From Welwitschia mirabilis (Eukaryota): a stretch of 33,449 nucleotides of DNA. Numbering within the stretch: the stretch's first letter is position 1; each line of letters starts with the position of its first letter. The stretch is from NCBI GenBank assembly GCA_051453625.1, contig JBOZIK010000001.1, positions 27,547,706 to 27,581,154 on the forward strand. Direction: 5' to 3'. A program made the translations under genes and the position numbers. Under the pieces are notes generated by a model. It saw only the letters and a list, made by a program, of their open reading frames with translations. It did no database searches and was not told the origin of the DNA. Shown one piece after another: positions 1 through 9,707 of this stretch.

Positions 1-1
1 G

Positions 2-256
2 TCTGTGCCGCTGAAGGAAGCGGTGAATGATACGGGCAGAATAAGGTATCATCAGGAGCATCTGGCGAATGTTCTGCTTGCTGCCAAAGATGGCTGCAAC
101 GTCAATGGTTACATTGTTTGGTCTCTTCTCGACGACTTTGAGTGGTCGAATGGTTACGATCTGCGATTCGGTCTATACTATGTCGATTACACGGATAACC
201 TCCGGTGTTACGCCAAGGCATCCGCGAAATGGTTCTGCTACTTTCTGCACCGCTAG
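2..256 (+). CDS. Glycoside hydrolase family 1 beta-glucosidase, C-terminal part (5' end lies outside the window)
   Basis: The frame is open from base 2 to TAG at 254-256. The translation ...NDTGRIRYHQEHL...DGCNVNGYIVWSLLDDFEWSNGYDLRFGLYYVDY...KASAKWF matches the conserved plant GH1 C-terminus (D..RI.Y; GY..WSLLD[N/D]FEW..GY..RFGL.YVD; K.SA.WF). It is GC- and CpG-rich compared with the rest of the window. The GTG start in the ORF track is not the real start. Confidence 0.95.
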   Translation, partial: SVPLKEAVNDTGRIRYHQEHLANVLLAAKDGCNVNGYIVWSLLDDFEWSNGYDLRFGLYYVDYTDNLRCYAKASAKWFCYFLHR

Positions 257-1286
257 GAAACCCTGCTCCACCCAGTTTGTGTTTTTTGGATTGACAAAGC
301 ATTTTCCGTCACCTTTTCTCCTTTTGCTTGAAATAAAGGTTTTTTTTTTTCAATTTTTTAATAATGGTTTTCAATTTTTTTTAAAAAAGAGAGCGGTTCG
401 TTAAAAATATGTTAACTTGGCATCCATACCAGTCATGAATGTATAGTATCATACTAGAACCTCACCTTTTCATTTTTTTACTTTTTTAATTATTCCTTCT
501 GCTAGTGAGGTTGCAATGTAAATGGTGCAACACTTTTATTCAATTATAATGTTGTGTACTTGAATCTTGAGATGAGGCCTTTGACATAATTTGTTTTTTT
601 TGGACATGGTGGTTGTACGAAGTATAGCAACTAAAAATTTAAAGTTTGAATATGATATACCTTTAATTTTTTTCTTCTAGAGATTGGAATAGTACACAGT
701 AGTATTGACATGGGGTGGGAATCTTAATTTCTATAAAACACCAATATTTCTCATATTTAAAACACAATAAAAAAGATAATGAGAGCTTTCAAAGCATGAA
801 AAAATAACACAATTATTTTAGTCCTCAAGTGAAAAGAAAATTCTTCAAAGGCTTCCTATCAAAAAGGCGATGACATTGGAGAGTTTTCAAGTTTATACAG
901 AAAAAGATCGCTAGTAACACTATAAACTAATTTCCCTTTTTATGAAATATAGCCTTCATATTGAATCGTGTCTTTTCTCAGTAGTTAACCCTTAATAATT
1001 CTTTTATGTCATCATTGTGTATGGAACATCACACAATCATGATTACAAAGTAAATCTTTTCTCTTAATAAAATCATGTTAATATGGACATCATATCAATA
1101 AGAAACCCTTTCTAATAGCTACATTATATTTAAGATTTATTTTAATAAAGAATGATCAAGAATTAATCCTTTTAAATGTCATAATGATTCTACCATTATG
1201 AAATTTTCATAATAACATCTTGTACTTATTCATACCCCAAATGTCACCCATATAATTAATTGGTTTGTTTTATCTAATGGATGAGG

Positions 1287-1632
1287 AATGAATGTTGGTC
1301 ATGCCATCTCCAATTTGCCAAATGGTTATTAATTTTATTTGTAAAGTTAATGTTGATTGTTGAGCATGAAGTCAATGTTTTATCATTGACTAGATGTCAC
1401 TTATAGTCATTGATTAAAAAGTCAAAATTCAGTGTTTGGGCCTTCTTGCTTTTAACCTCTTTATTCGAGAGGAAATGTTAGTTAAGAGGATGCCTTCAAC
1501 TTTTTTATGCATGACCAAAAGGACATCTAGATAATACTTACACATTACATTTATGGTTAATAATTAACATTAACTTTACAAATAAATCCAATGATGCTTT
1601 GCTAATTGGACATGAAATGATTAACACTCATT
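1287..1632. mobile_element. Foldback / long inverted-repeat element (MITE-like, possibly Mutator-derived), degenerate
   Basis: Arms ~1287-1427 and ~1495-1632 align as reverse complements. They include a perfect 21-bp pair (tttatttgtaaagttaatgtt 1334-1354 / aacattaactttacaaataaa 1566-1586) and ctagatgtc/gacatctag. Outer ends and TSD are not resolved, and the superfamily is inferred. Confidence 0.65.
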
Positions 1633-1901
1633 AGTTATAGAACTCATCACCATCAACTTTAACAGAAAAAAAATTAAGAAAAATTGTATAAAGTATTTGT
1701 TTATGTTTTTGAACATAGAATTCCAATATATAAGTTAGTGAAATAATGATACACCTCTATATATTTCTTAAGTAATCAATATTATGATATGAACACATAA
1801 ATATAGGTATAAGAGTTATGAAGACTATCATTACCAATGGTGGCAAGCATAAATTTTCACTCAATGGTGGGAAACATATTTAAAAAAAAATTAAAATATT
1901 T

Positions 1902-2300
1902 TGTTACGGTGTGTATTTGTGCAATAGTTCACGTTTCAATTTCAATCCTATTAATTATAAAAAAGATGAAAAATATGACACGCTAGTATAGACGGAGTGA
2001 TCCGAATGTCATAATTCCATCGAAGGCTAATGGTATGGACAATAAAGAGTTGATTTCAGAAAAGAAATGTGTAACTTTAATCTATTGAATTAAATTACGA
2101 TGCATGATATAAAATAGCAATGCAAGACTAATCTAAAAAAATAAATAGGGATGCACCTAATCTACTTAAGCTCAACCTTAATGAAGGCTGCCCTCATAAT
2201 CGATATAATTAGAGAAACCTGTTACGAATCTAGAACAACATAAACTATGAGGGATAAGTTCCTGCAATTGTTAACAAAAAGAGTAATTCATATTAAAGAT
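1902..2300 (-). mobile_element. LTR fragment (U5 end) related to the Athila-type family, truncated by an assembly gap
   Basis: Begins tgttacggtgtgtatttgtgcaa, like the LTR termini at 2666, 8636, 15114 and 24197. It shares downstream blocks (ctagtatagacggagtgatccgaatgtcat; aacataaactatgagggata). Confidence 0.75.
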
Positions 2301-2400
2301 NNNNNNNNNNNNNNNNNNNNNNNNNNNNNNNNNNNNNNNNNNNNNNNNNNNNNNNNNNNNNNNNNNNNNNNNNNNNNNNNNNNNNNNNNNNNNNNNNNNN
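2301..2400. other. Assembly gap (100 N); others at 9608-9707, 15856-16557, 19938-20037, 30001-30027, 30277-30376
   Basis: Runs of N. Four are exactly 100 N (unknown-size placeholders) and two are sized (702 and 27). Confidence 0.99.
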
Positions 2401-2665
2401 TAATATTATCATTTCTTATGGTTTATGAGTTTTTAGTACTAAGGCAAGCAAGTGAAATTTTACATGTCGTACTATGCTAATTGGAATAATAGGCACTTTT
2501 TTTTGGACACAGTATGTTAAATGGAATTTCTAAGTAAAAATCAAACTCTAAATTTACACAAGCATATTATTCTAATGGCCTTATTACATATTAATAAATT
2601 ATATTATTAATGAAATCAAGGGTTCATTCATGTAGATTTTAACTAAGGTTTGGCAATTAATACTT

Positions 2666-3733
2666 TATTGTAGTGTGTATTTGTGCAAGCATTTATATTC
2701 AACAAGATTCTATCATTCATAAATAAAATAGATATCTTTGCATAATACAACACACTAATATAATTGGGATTGAACATGAATTTTATATCTCATTAAAGAC
2801 TAGGAGATAAAACTAAGGATTGATTTTCATAAGAAAATGGTAGCTGAAATTGTATAACAATATAAGAAATAAAAGATGCAATGCAAATGTAAAATGCAAC
2901 TAAATCTAAATGCAATGCAAAATGAAACTTAACTACTTCCTTTTAGCCTTAGCAATGACTACCATTAAGACCTATATCAATAATGAAATTTTCACCAAAT
3001 CAAGGGCAACATAAAACATAAGGGACATCTAATAAATCTAAATGCAATAATGAAAACATAATTTTGTATTAAAAAGAAACAACATTTGGGTTACAAAATA
3101 ACTGAACCTTAATGGAGCATGCATAATCCTCCACCAAGGGAACATCTTTCTACAACTCTCGAGATGGATCTCTCACCCTTCATTCTCCTATTACCAGAAT
3201 TCTTGATGCAACAAAGACAGAAAGGAGATTCGAAAGAGGGTTTTATTTATAGAGTTACATAATAGAAAAAGACATACAAAAGGCACTTTAAAACATAATT
3301 CATTAGAAAAAATAATCAGATGATATGGTCAACGGACAGCTATCAGAGTCAATTACAGTGGTCGTCCTAGCTGTTGTCTAGATGACATAGGAGATGACAA
3401 CTCCTTATAAAAGATGACTCAGTAGATGATGTAGCAGTCCACATTGGCATCAAATGTGTCATCGTCCTATCTATCGTGAGGACGTCATAGGGGATGATAG
3501 TCTTCTTTGTTCATTTCAGTGAGAAAAAGCTATCCTTTTGATTAGTAACCTTCCTCCAAAGCTTTGTGTATCAAAATGTATCTTAAATGCCTCAAATTAT
3601 ACCAAGAATTACACATTTCTAAGATCTTTTATCGATTCTTCAAAATCCTCAAAATTGCATATAAACCTGTGCAAATGTCTTGTAAAACAACTCATAAAAC
3701 CCCATCAAATAACCATAAATTGATAGCATATCA
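2666..3733 (-). repeat. E1 3' LTR (1068 bp)
   Basis: On the + strand it starts tattgtagtgtgtatttgtgca (decayed TGTTGCAGTG) and ends gatagcatatca. The same right boundary is seen at 11512 and 25225. Aligns with 8636-9607, 24197-25225 and the reverse complement of 16801-17787. Confidence 0.85.
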
Positions 3734-3752
3734 TAACCCTCCACTTAGCCTT
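3734..3752 (-). other. E1 polypurine tract
   Basis: The minus strand reads aaggctaagtggagggtta immediately before the LTR's TGA start. This resembles the AAGT..GGGGG PPT of Athila elements, and the equivalent is at 25226-25244. Confidence 0.65.
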
Positions 3753-5970
3753 TGTCAGTCCCTGACAAAAACTAGGCCAAAAACCACAAATGCAAGCCAA
3801 TTTGTTTTATAAAAAATCAATCTAGAAAGTATGAAACAACCTCATATCACATAGCAAAATAATAAGTTACATATTATGTGTATGAAAATTTCAAAATTTT
3901 ATCTCATGAAAGATGTGAAATAACTTGAAATGTTTATAAAAAATGAGTCATGAAAATGGGTCTTGCTCTTATAAGAGCCCCACCCCAATCAGAGAAAAAT
4001 ACTACGTCCTGTACTGGTTAAGAAAGTAAAGAAAGTAAATGGAAGTGAGAAGGCAGATGATATGTATTTTTGAATTTGAACAAACTTTGAAATTAACTGT
4101 AAATCTAAGTAAAGAAATGTTAGATTTAAAAAATATAAATTCATGAAATATTCTTATAAGCAAAAAAAGAGTGGATAATGAAAATGTTTCATCATAGAAT
4201 AATTAAGAGTAGCATTGAGAACTTTAAAATACTAAAAATAAACATTACAAAATTATTTATCTAAGCAAGAATTCAAACCTTTATTGAAAACTAAGTAAGA
4301 AATGTATTAAATGTTAAGGTCCTAAAATGATAATAAAATATGGCAATGACTTCAAAATAACTAATCAAATAACAAAAGAAAATAAAAAGAATGGACATAT
4401 GATATAAATAAGATAGTCTACCTATCTGAAATGTTAACCTAGTAGATTCCCATAAAAAAAATCATTACATTAGTTGATTTTAAAATGCATGACTTGATAT
4501 ATAATAGATTCTATTAGATGAATCAATGGTTATGACAATGCTAAAAATAAAATTCTTAAAAAACTGATAAGACCAAATAGTTGCTAAAAAATGAACTCAC
4601 CTACTAGTATATTAAAACAAACACCTAAATATCAAGAAATAAAATGATCATGTAAAAGGACTAAGAGTCAAGAAAACAAACAATGCCTCTAATGATACTA
4701 GGAATACTACTGATCATGTAGCCTCTAAGTTTTTTATTATTATTTTATTATCCATGATGAGGAAAGTGCAGTCACAGTCATAGAAATAAAGACCCATGAA
4801 GCATAACCAACTGACCCCCTAGTGGAGTTTCCACATCTATCATATTACACTGCCAAAGGCTCCTCTTAGAAAAATTTACCCTAGTGTACTTGTGATAGGA
4901 TATCATATAACCATGTTTTTGAGCTATCTCGAATATAAAACATCATGGTCTTATTTCACTCTTTTCTTTTCTCTTTTTTTCTCACAATAAAAAGCATTCC
5001 ACATGACCAAATGATCTAAAAGACAAAGGAGAATTCATAAGATGAAGACAGAAACGAATACCCTTAAATAATCTAAAAAATTTTCATCATTGATAAAAAC
5101 ATCAACAATAAATCATCTTCCCTCAAACTAAAGTTCATAGATGTGTAAATGTCTTAAGATTAGGTGAATCCAATCTTACCACTATAAAATGCCTAAGTCA
5201 AAGAGTAGTCATAGAAATAAATATATAAATCAAGTCTAAAAGATGATCAAGTAATATCATAATGACCTCCAAAGGAAAAAGCTAAGAGAAAATTGAGATA
5301 ACTACTTAAATATTTCTAGCCTTTAGCCATTAGCTTTTTGAAATTCTTAATTGATTAAGTTAGAAATCTCAATAGAGTGATCAGAATGTATTTTCTTAAA
5401 ATAACAAAAAAATAAAGTAAAAAGAACTAATAGTCATCCTTCTTATCATCCAGACTATAAAGAGGATGACAAAGATGAAAAGAGGGAAACAAAAAGTAGA
5501 AATCTAATAGAAAATTGAAAGTATAAAATAAAAATAGAGCCTATCATCCTTATTGTTACGGGGACGACATAAGTGATGACACACGCAAAAAATTAAAATA
5601 GAAAGATAAAAATAAAATCAAAGTTAAAATCATAAAAATCAAAAAGAAAACACCAAAGCTAGTTAAATTTAATTTAAATCCTAAAATATAATGACAGTTT
5701 TATTGAAAAGAAAGGAAAAAGAAAGGATCTCTTTAGATGATCTCAGGATATTGAATTCTTTTAGATAAATAAGGTCTAAACCAATTATTCACTAATTGAT
5801 AAAACATAAAAGGTATGTAATCATTTTTCAATATAATGAATTGGAAGAAGAAAGAATACAAAGATAAAACTTTGATAGCACAAAGGTTAGAATTCAAATA
5901 AGAGATAAAGAAGTGATAAGTATCATTAACAAATAATTTCTTATGAAAACTTTATGAATCCTGAGTACCA

Positions 5971-7460
5971 TTATAAAAAACATGTGAGAAGATGATCTTG
6001 AAGGTTATTTAAAATGTTTTTTATCATTTGATTCAAGACATGGATTCTTAGTAAGAAGACAATGCTTTTTCTGATTTGCATGAGCACATGACATTTTGTT
6101 TCCATAAGGATTAATAACATTATAAGAAATAGAAAATTCTTACAACTCATGGAAAAATAATATCTTATGAAACTCATAATATCAAGGATTTCAAACATAA
6201 ATTGCATTAAAAGATTGATATTGAACATGAGAGGTATTATTTGAGATCCAAGGGGTTGTAAGAAACTTCTTAGGATGAGTGATTAAGATAGGTTTTACAT
6301 ACCTAAGAAGCTCTTTAACATTCAACCTTAGACATGGATTTGATTCCAGAAGGTATGGCTTATCCCAATTAAGAGTTCCAAGATATTCCAAGTTTAGTTT
6401 CTGAAAAGAATAATCATTGGAAGTGCAAGGTAGAGTTGACTTTGCAAAATAGAAAAAGATGTTACTTTTTGTAGCACATGAAATTTGCAAAGGAAAGGAT
6501 TGGGATATTTTTGAAGTTGAGTCCTCAAGATGATGTATCTCATTACTTTTAAGGACAAGGATGTTACTCTTTTTAATTCTTTCTTCATTGATCATATATC
6601 TCTCTTCTTTATTATTGATGGTATTTTGTTCTTCTTTTTCATTTTGTTGAGGATTATTTTTCGTTTCTATATTGGTGAATTCCTCAAAAAGATCATTGGA
6701 AAGATTATATAAAGAAAAGTTATCTTTATTTTCATTATGTGATGAAAGATGTTCTAATGTTTCTTGGTTTGACTCCTCTTTTTCTCTAAATAATTCCATT
6801 AGCTCTAAACTGTAATCCTCATTTGAGTTGTTGTTGCTGAGTTAATTTTTTCCCATTGATTCCATCTTAATACTAATATCTATTAATCTCATAAGTTGAG
6901 CCTCTTTTTAGTGGAACTCCTTCATCTTTTTAAAGTATGTAAAACAAGGGATATGATCTAATATTTCAATGTCATCATCATCTTCTTCTTCACTATTCTT
7001 ATCATCTTATTGCATGTTATTATTTTTATTAGAAGGAGAAATTCGATCATTATGTCTATCATAGGTTAAAGAAATTTTTAGATTTTTTTTGAATGTATTC
7101 TTCATCTAGTAAATGGGTTTCAGGGATATAATCTAATACCTCAATATCATCATCTAATGAATGGTCATCCTCATCTTTATTGTTGAAAGATAGAGTTGAA
7201 TTGTTGTTGTCTCCCCTTTTCTCATCCCCTAGATTTTGTAATAGTATTTATTGCAAGATTTCAATCAAAATTTCCATGATTTTATTGGCTTTTTTCTGGT
7301 TCTTTATCATTTTGTTAATAATTTATTTTATTGGATTATTTTCTTCCTCATAGTAGTTAATGGAAGATGGTTCTTCTTCATAGTAATGCATGGGAGATAG
7401 ATGGGATGCATAAAAGTAATTGTACGAGGTTAAATCCCTAAGACTTTCATTATTATTTCT
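5971..7460 (-). pseudogene. Degenerate internal ORF of E1 (acidic, Asn-rich, unknown function; possibly derived from the gag tail)
   Basis: Includes ORF 6191-6799 (202 aa). Homologous peptides (DDDIEILDHIPYF, EEESNQE..E..SSHNE, ISQSF.L..SCATKSNIFF, LNVKELLRY.KPILITH) recur in E2 and twice in E3. It is interrupted by stops and frameshifts. Confidence 0.6.
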
Positions 7461-8204
7461 ATATGAAGTTTGAATAAGATGGTTGAAAAGAGAAAAAGGT
7501 TTAACCCTACTCTCAACATCATTTTGTGTTGTTATTTCTCTTTCTGCAAGAAGTTCTTAAAGTTTTTTCTTACTATTATCCTCAGAATTTTTCAAGTTTC
7601 TCCTTCTTTCAGCAAGAATGTCCCCAAGGGTCCTTATATCACTATTTAAGATTAAGAAGAATGGAAAAAAGAGAATTTAATTCAAGATGAAGATAAGTAC
7701 ACAGTGATGGCTGAGTTTTTCTTTCTTCAATGTTTTAACAAAAAATACACTTGATAGAAATATTGTATGCACCTAGAGATTACATTCTTGACTCTATTTC
7801 AAAGCTGACCAATCCTTCTCTAATACTTTATTTCATTAGTAGATCTTTTTCTTTGATATTTCTTTTTCTAGATTAATCATGTCACAGTATCCTACAATCA
7901 AAAAACAATAGAAAAAAAATAAAAACAACAGACTGTCATCCTATTTGTCATGGGGACAACACACACAGAAAACAGAAAATAGAAATTTAACAGAGCAAAA
8001 AGTCAAAAACTGAAAAACATGCATAGGATATCATCCTTTTTATTATGTAGATGACACAGGAGATGATAAAATTATTATTATGCTCATAGAAAACTATAAT
8101 CCAAAATTCAAAAACAAAAGGCAAAAGAATAGAAAAATGAGTAGTTATCCACTTAGTCATGAGGACGATGGAGAAGATGACAACTATTATTATAGACTAC
8201 AAAG

Positions 8205-8490
8205 AATCAAGAACCGAAATACCAAAAAATTGAAAGGATAAAAATCAAGAACCAAAAAACCGAAAAAACGAAAACTGAGAACCAAAAAAATGAAAAATCA
8301 AAAAAATAGAAATCAAGAACCAAAAAACCAAAAAAAAAAAAAAAAAAGGAAAGCCGAGAACCAAGAAATCGAAAAACTCAAAAAATAAAAACCAAGAACC
8401 AAAAACCAAAAACTAAAAAAATGAAAACCGAGAATCGAAAAACTGAAAAACCCAAAAAATGAAAATCGAGAAATGAAAAACAGAAAAAAA
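8205..8490. repeat. A-rich degenerate tandem repeat (units like aaaaccgaga/accaaaaaa, ~9-bp period) in the E1 leader
   Basis: Repeated aaaccgagaaccaaaaaa / aatcaagaaccaaaaaacc blocks are visible directly. Confidence 0.8.
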
Positions 8491-8614
8491 TAAAACTACA
8501 AATAGAAAATGTATGGTTCCTAATTAAAATACAATGTCGCTACAAATAAATAACTGAACAAAAATCTAATGTACTTACCTGAATAATGACAATATTTATG
8601 TCCCTCAGCAGCCT

Positions 8615-8632
8615 TCCCCAATAATGATACCA
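8615..8632 (-). other. E1 primer-binding site, decayed tRNA-Asp type
   Basis: The minus strand reads tggtatcattattgggga, 3 nt from the LTR end. It matches TGGCGCCGTTGCCGGGGA (complement of the plant tRNA-Asp 3' end, the Athila PBS) at 11/18 positions, and all 7 differences are C>T or G>A. Confidence 0.75.
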
Positions 8633-8635
8633 AAT

Positions 8636-9607
8636 TATTGTGGTGCATATTTATGAAAATGTTTATACTTAAAGAGATCCTGTCATTCACAAATGAAATA
8701 GATATCTTACATAATACAATAAACTAGTATAGTTGGAAGTGAACCCGAATGTCATATCTCATTGAAGACTTATGAGAAAAGAACAAGGATTGATTTTTAC
8801 CAAGGTAAAGTAACCAGACTTAAGTAACTATGTAGAAAATAAAGGATGTAATACAAATGCAAAATGCAACTAACTAAGTGCAATGCAAAATGAAATTAAA
8901 CTACTTTCTTTCATCTTAACAAAGGATGCCTTTAATATCTATATCATCAATGAAATTATCATTAGATCAAGGGCAACAAAAACCATAAGGAACATCTGAT
9001 AAATCCAAATATAATAATGAAAACAAAGTTTATATTAGAAAGGAATCAAACATCTAAGTTACAAAATAGCTGGCCCTTAATGGAGGATGCACAACCATCC
9101 ACTAAGAGAACATCTTTTTGCAACTTTCAAGATGGATCTCTCACTCTTTGATCTCTTGTCATAAAAATTTTCAATGCAATGAAGATAGAGAGGAGAGTCG
9201 AAGGGGGTCTTATTTATAGGGTTATAGACTAAAAAATGATAAACAAAAGGCACTACAATATGCACTCCATTACAGACAAAAAATAAATAAAATGATCAAA
9301 GGTTGGCTGTTAGAGTAGGTTACATTATCAGTGTCATCATGACTATCATCCAGACAATGGAGTAGACAATAGCTCATTATAAAAGATGACTCAACATGAT
9401 GATTTAGCAGTATTTCAATAGTTCACGTCAGCATCAAATGTGGTCATCGTTCTGTCTGTCATGGGGACAACAAAGGGGATGACGGTCTTCTTTAATCATT
9501 TTATTAGAAGAAGATAGCATTTATGTCAGTAATATTCCTCTAAAGCTCTGTGTATTAGCATGTGTCTTAAATGCCTCAAATATTCATAAGAACTGCACAT
9601 TTCGGAG
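8636..9607 (-). repeat. E1 5' LTR (truncated by gap)
   Basis: Collinear with 2666-~3623 over its whole length and adjacent to the PBS. Confidence 0.85.
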
Positions 9608-9707
9608 NNNNNNNNNNNNNNNNNNNNNNNNNNNNNNNNNNNNNNNNNNNNNNNNNNNNNNNNNNNNNNNNNNNNNNNNNNNNNNNNNNNNNNNNNNNNN
9701 NNNNNNN

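Larger units (their letters stand above)
2666..9607 (-). mobile_element. E1: non-autonomous Athila-type Ty3/gypsy LTR retrotransposon (LARD-like), nearly full length
   Basis: Two direct-repeat LTRs (2666-3733 and 8636 to the gap at 9607), a PPT next to one, a tRNA-Asp-type PBS next to the other, and a 4.9-kb internal region with no RT/RNaseH/IN motifs. The far end is hidden by a gap, so the TSD cannot be tested. Confidence 0.85.

Noticed and set aside
338..390. T-runs after the GH1 stop as a retrocopy poly(A) tail
   Set aside because: They are T-rich on the sense strand, typical of plant 3' UTRs, not an A-tail.
69..404. Overlapping ORFs 69-404 (+) and 102-302 (-)
   Set aside because: Alternative frames of the GC-rich GH1 exon running into T-rich 3' sequence. 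No recognisable protein.
412..426. ttaacttggcatcca resembling 13085-13098 region
   Set aside because: The similarity does not extend beyond ~15 bp and is compatible with chance.
3538..3812. Short ORFs inside LTRs (also 9077, 24377, 24591, 29354, 30416)
   Set aside because: They lie in LTR sequence, are not kept open in the homologous copies, and have no domain motifs.
5971..7460. Internal ORF as an Athila env-like gene or a captured host gene
   Set aside because: No clear transmembrane segment or host domain is recognisable by eye. It is left as unknown or gag-tail-like pending profile searches.
8625..8632. tggtatca on the minus strand read as a tRNA-iMet PBS (would suggest copia or Tekay)
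   Set aside because: The following bases and the E3 copy fit a decayed tRNA-Asp PBS better.
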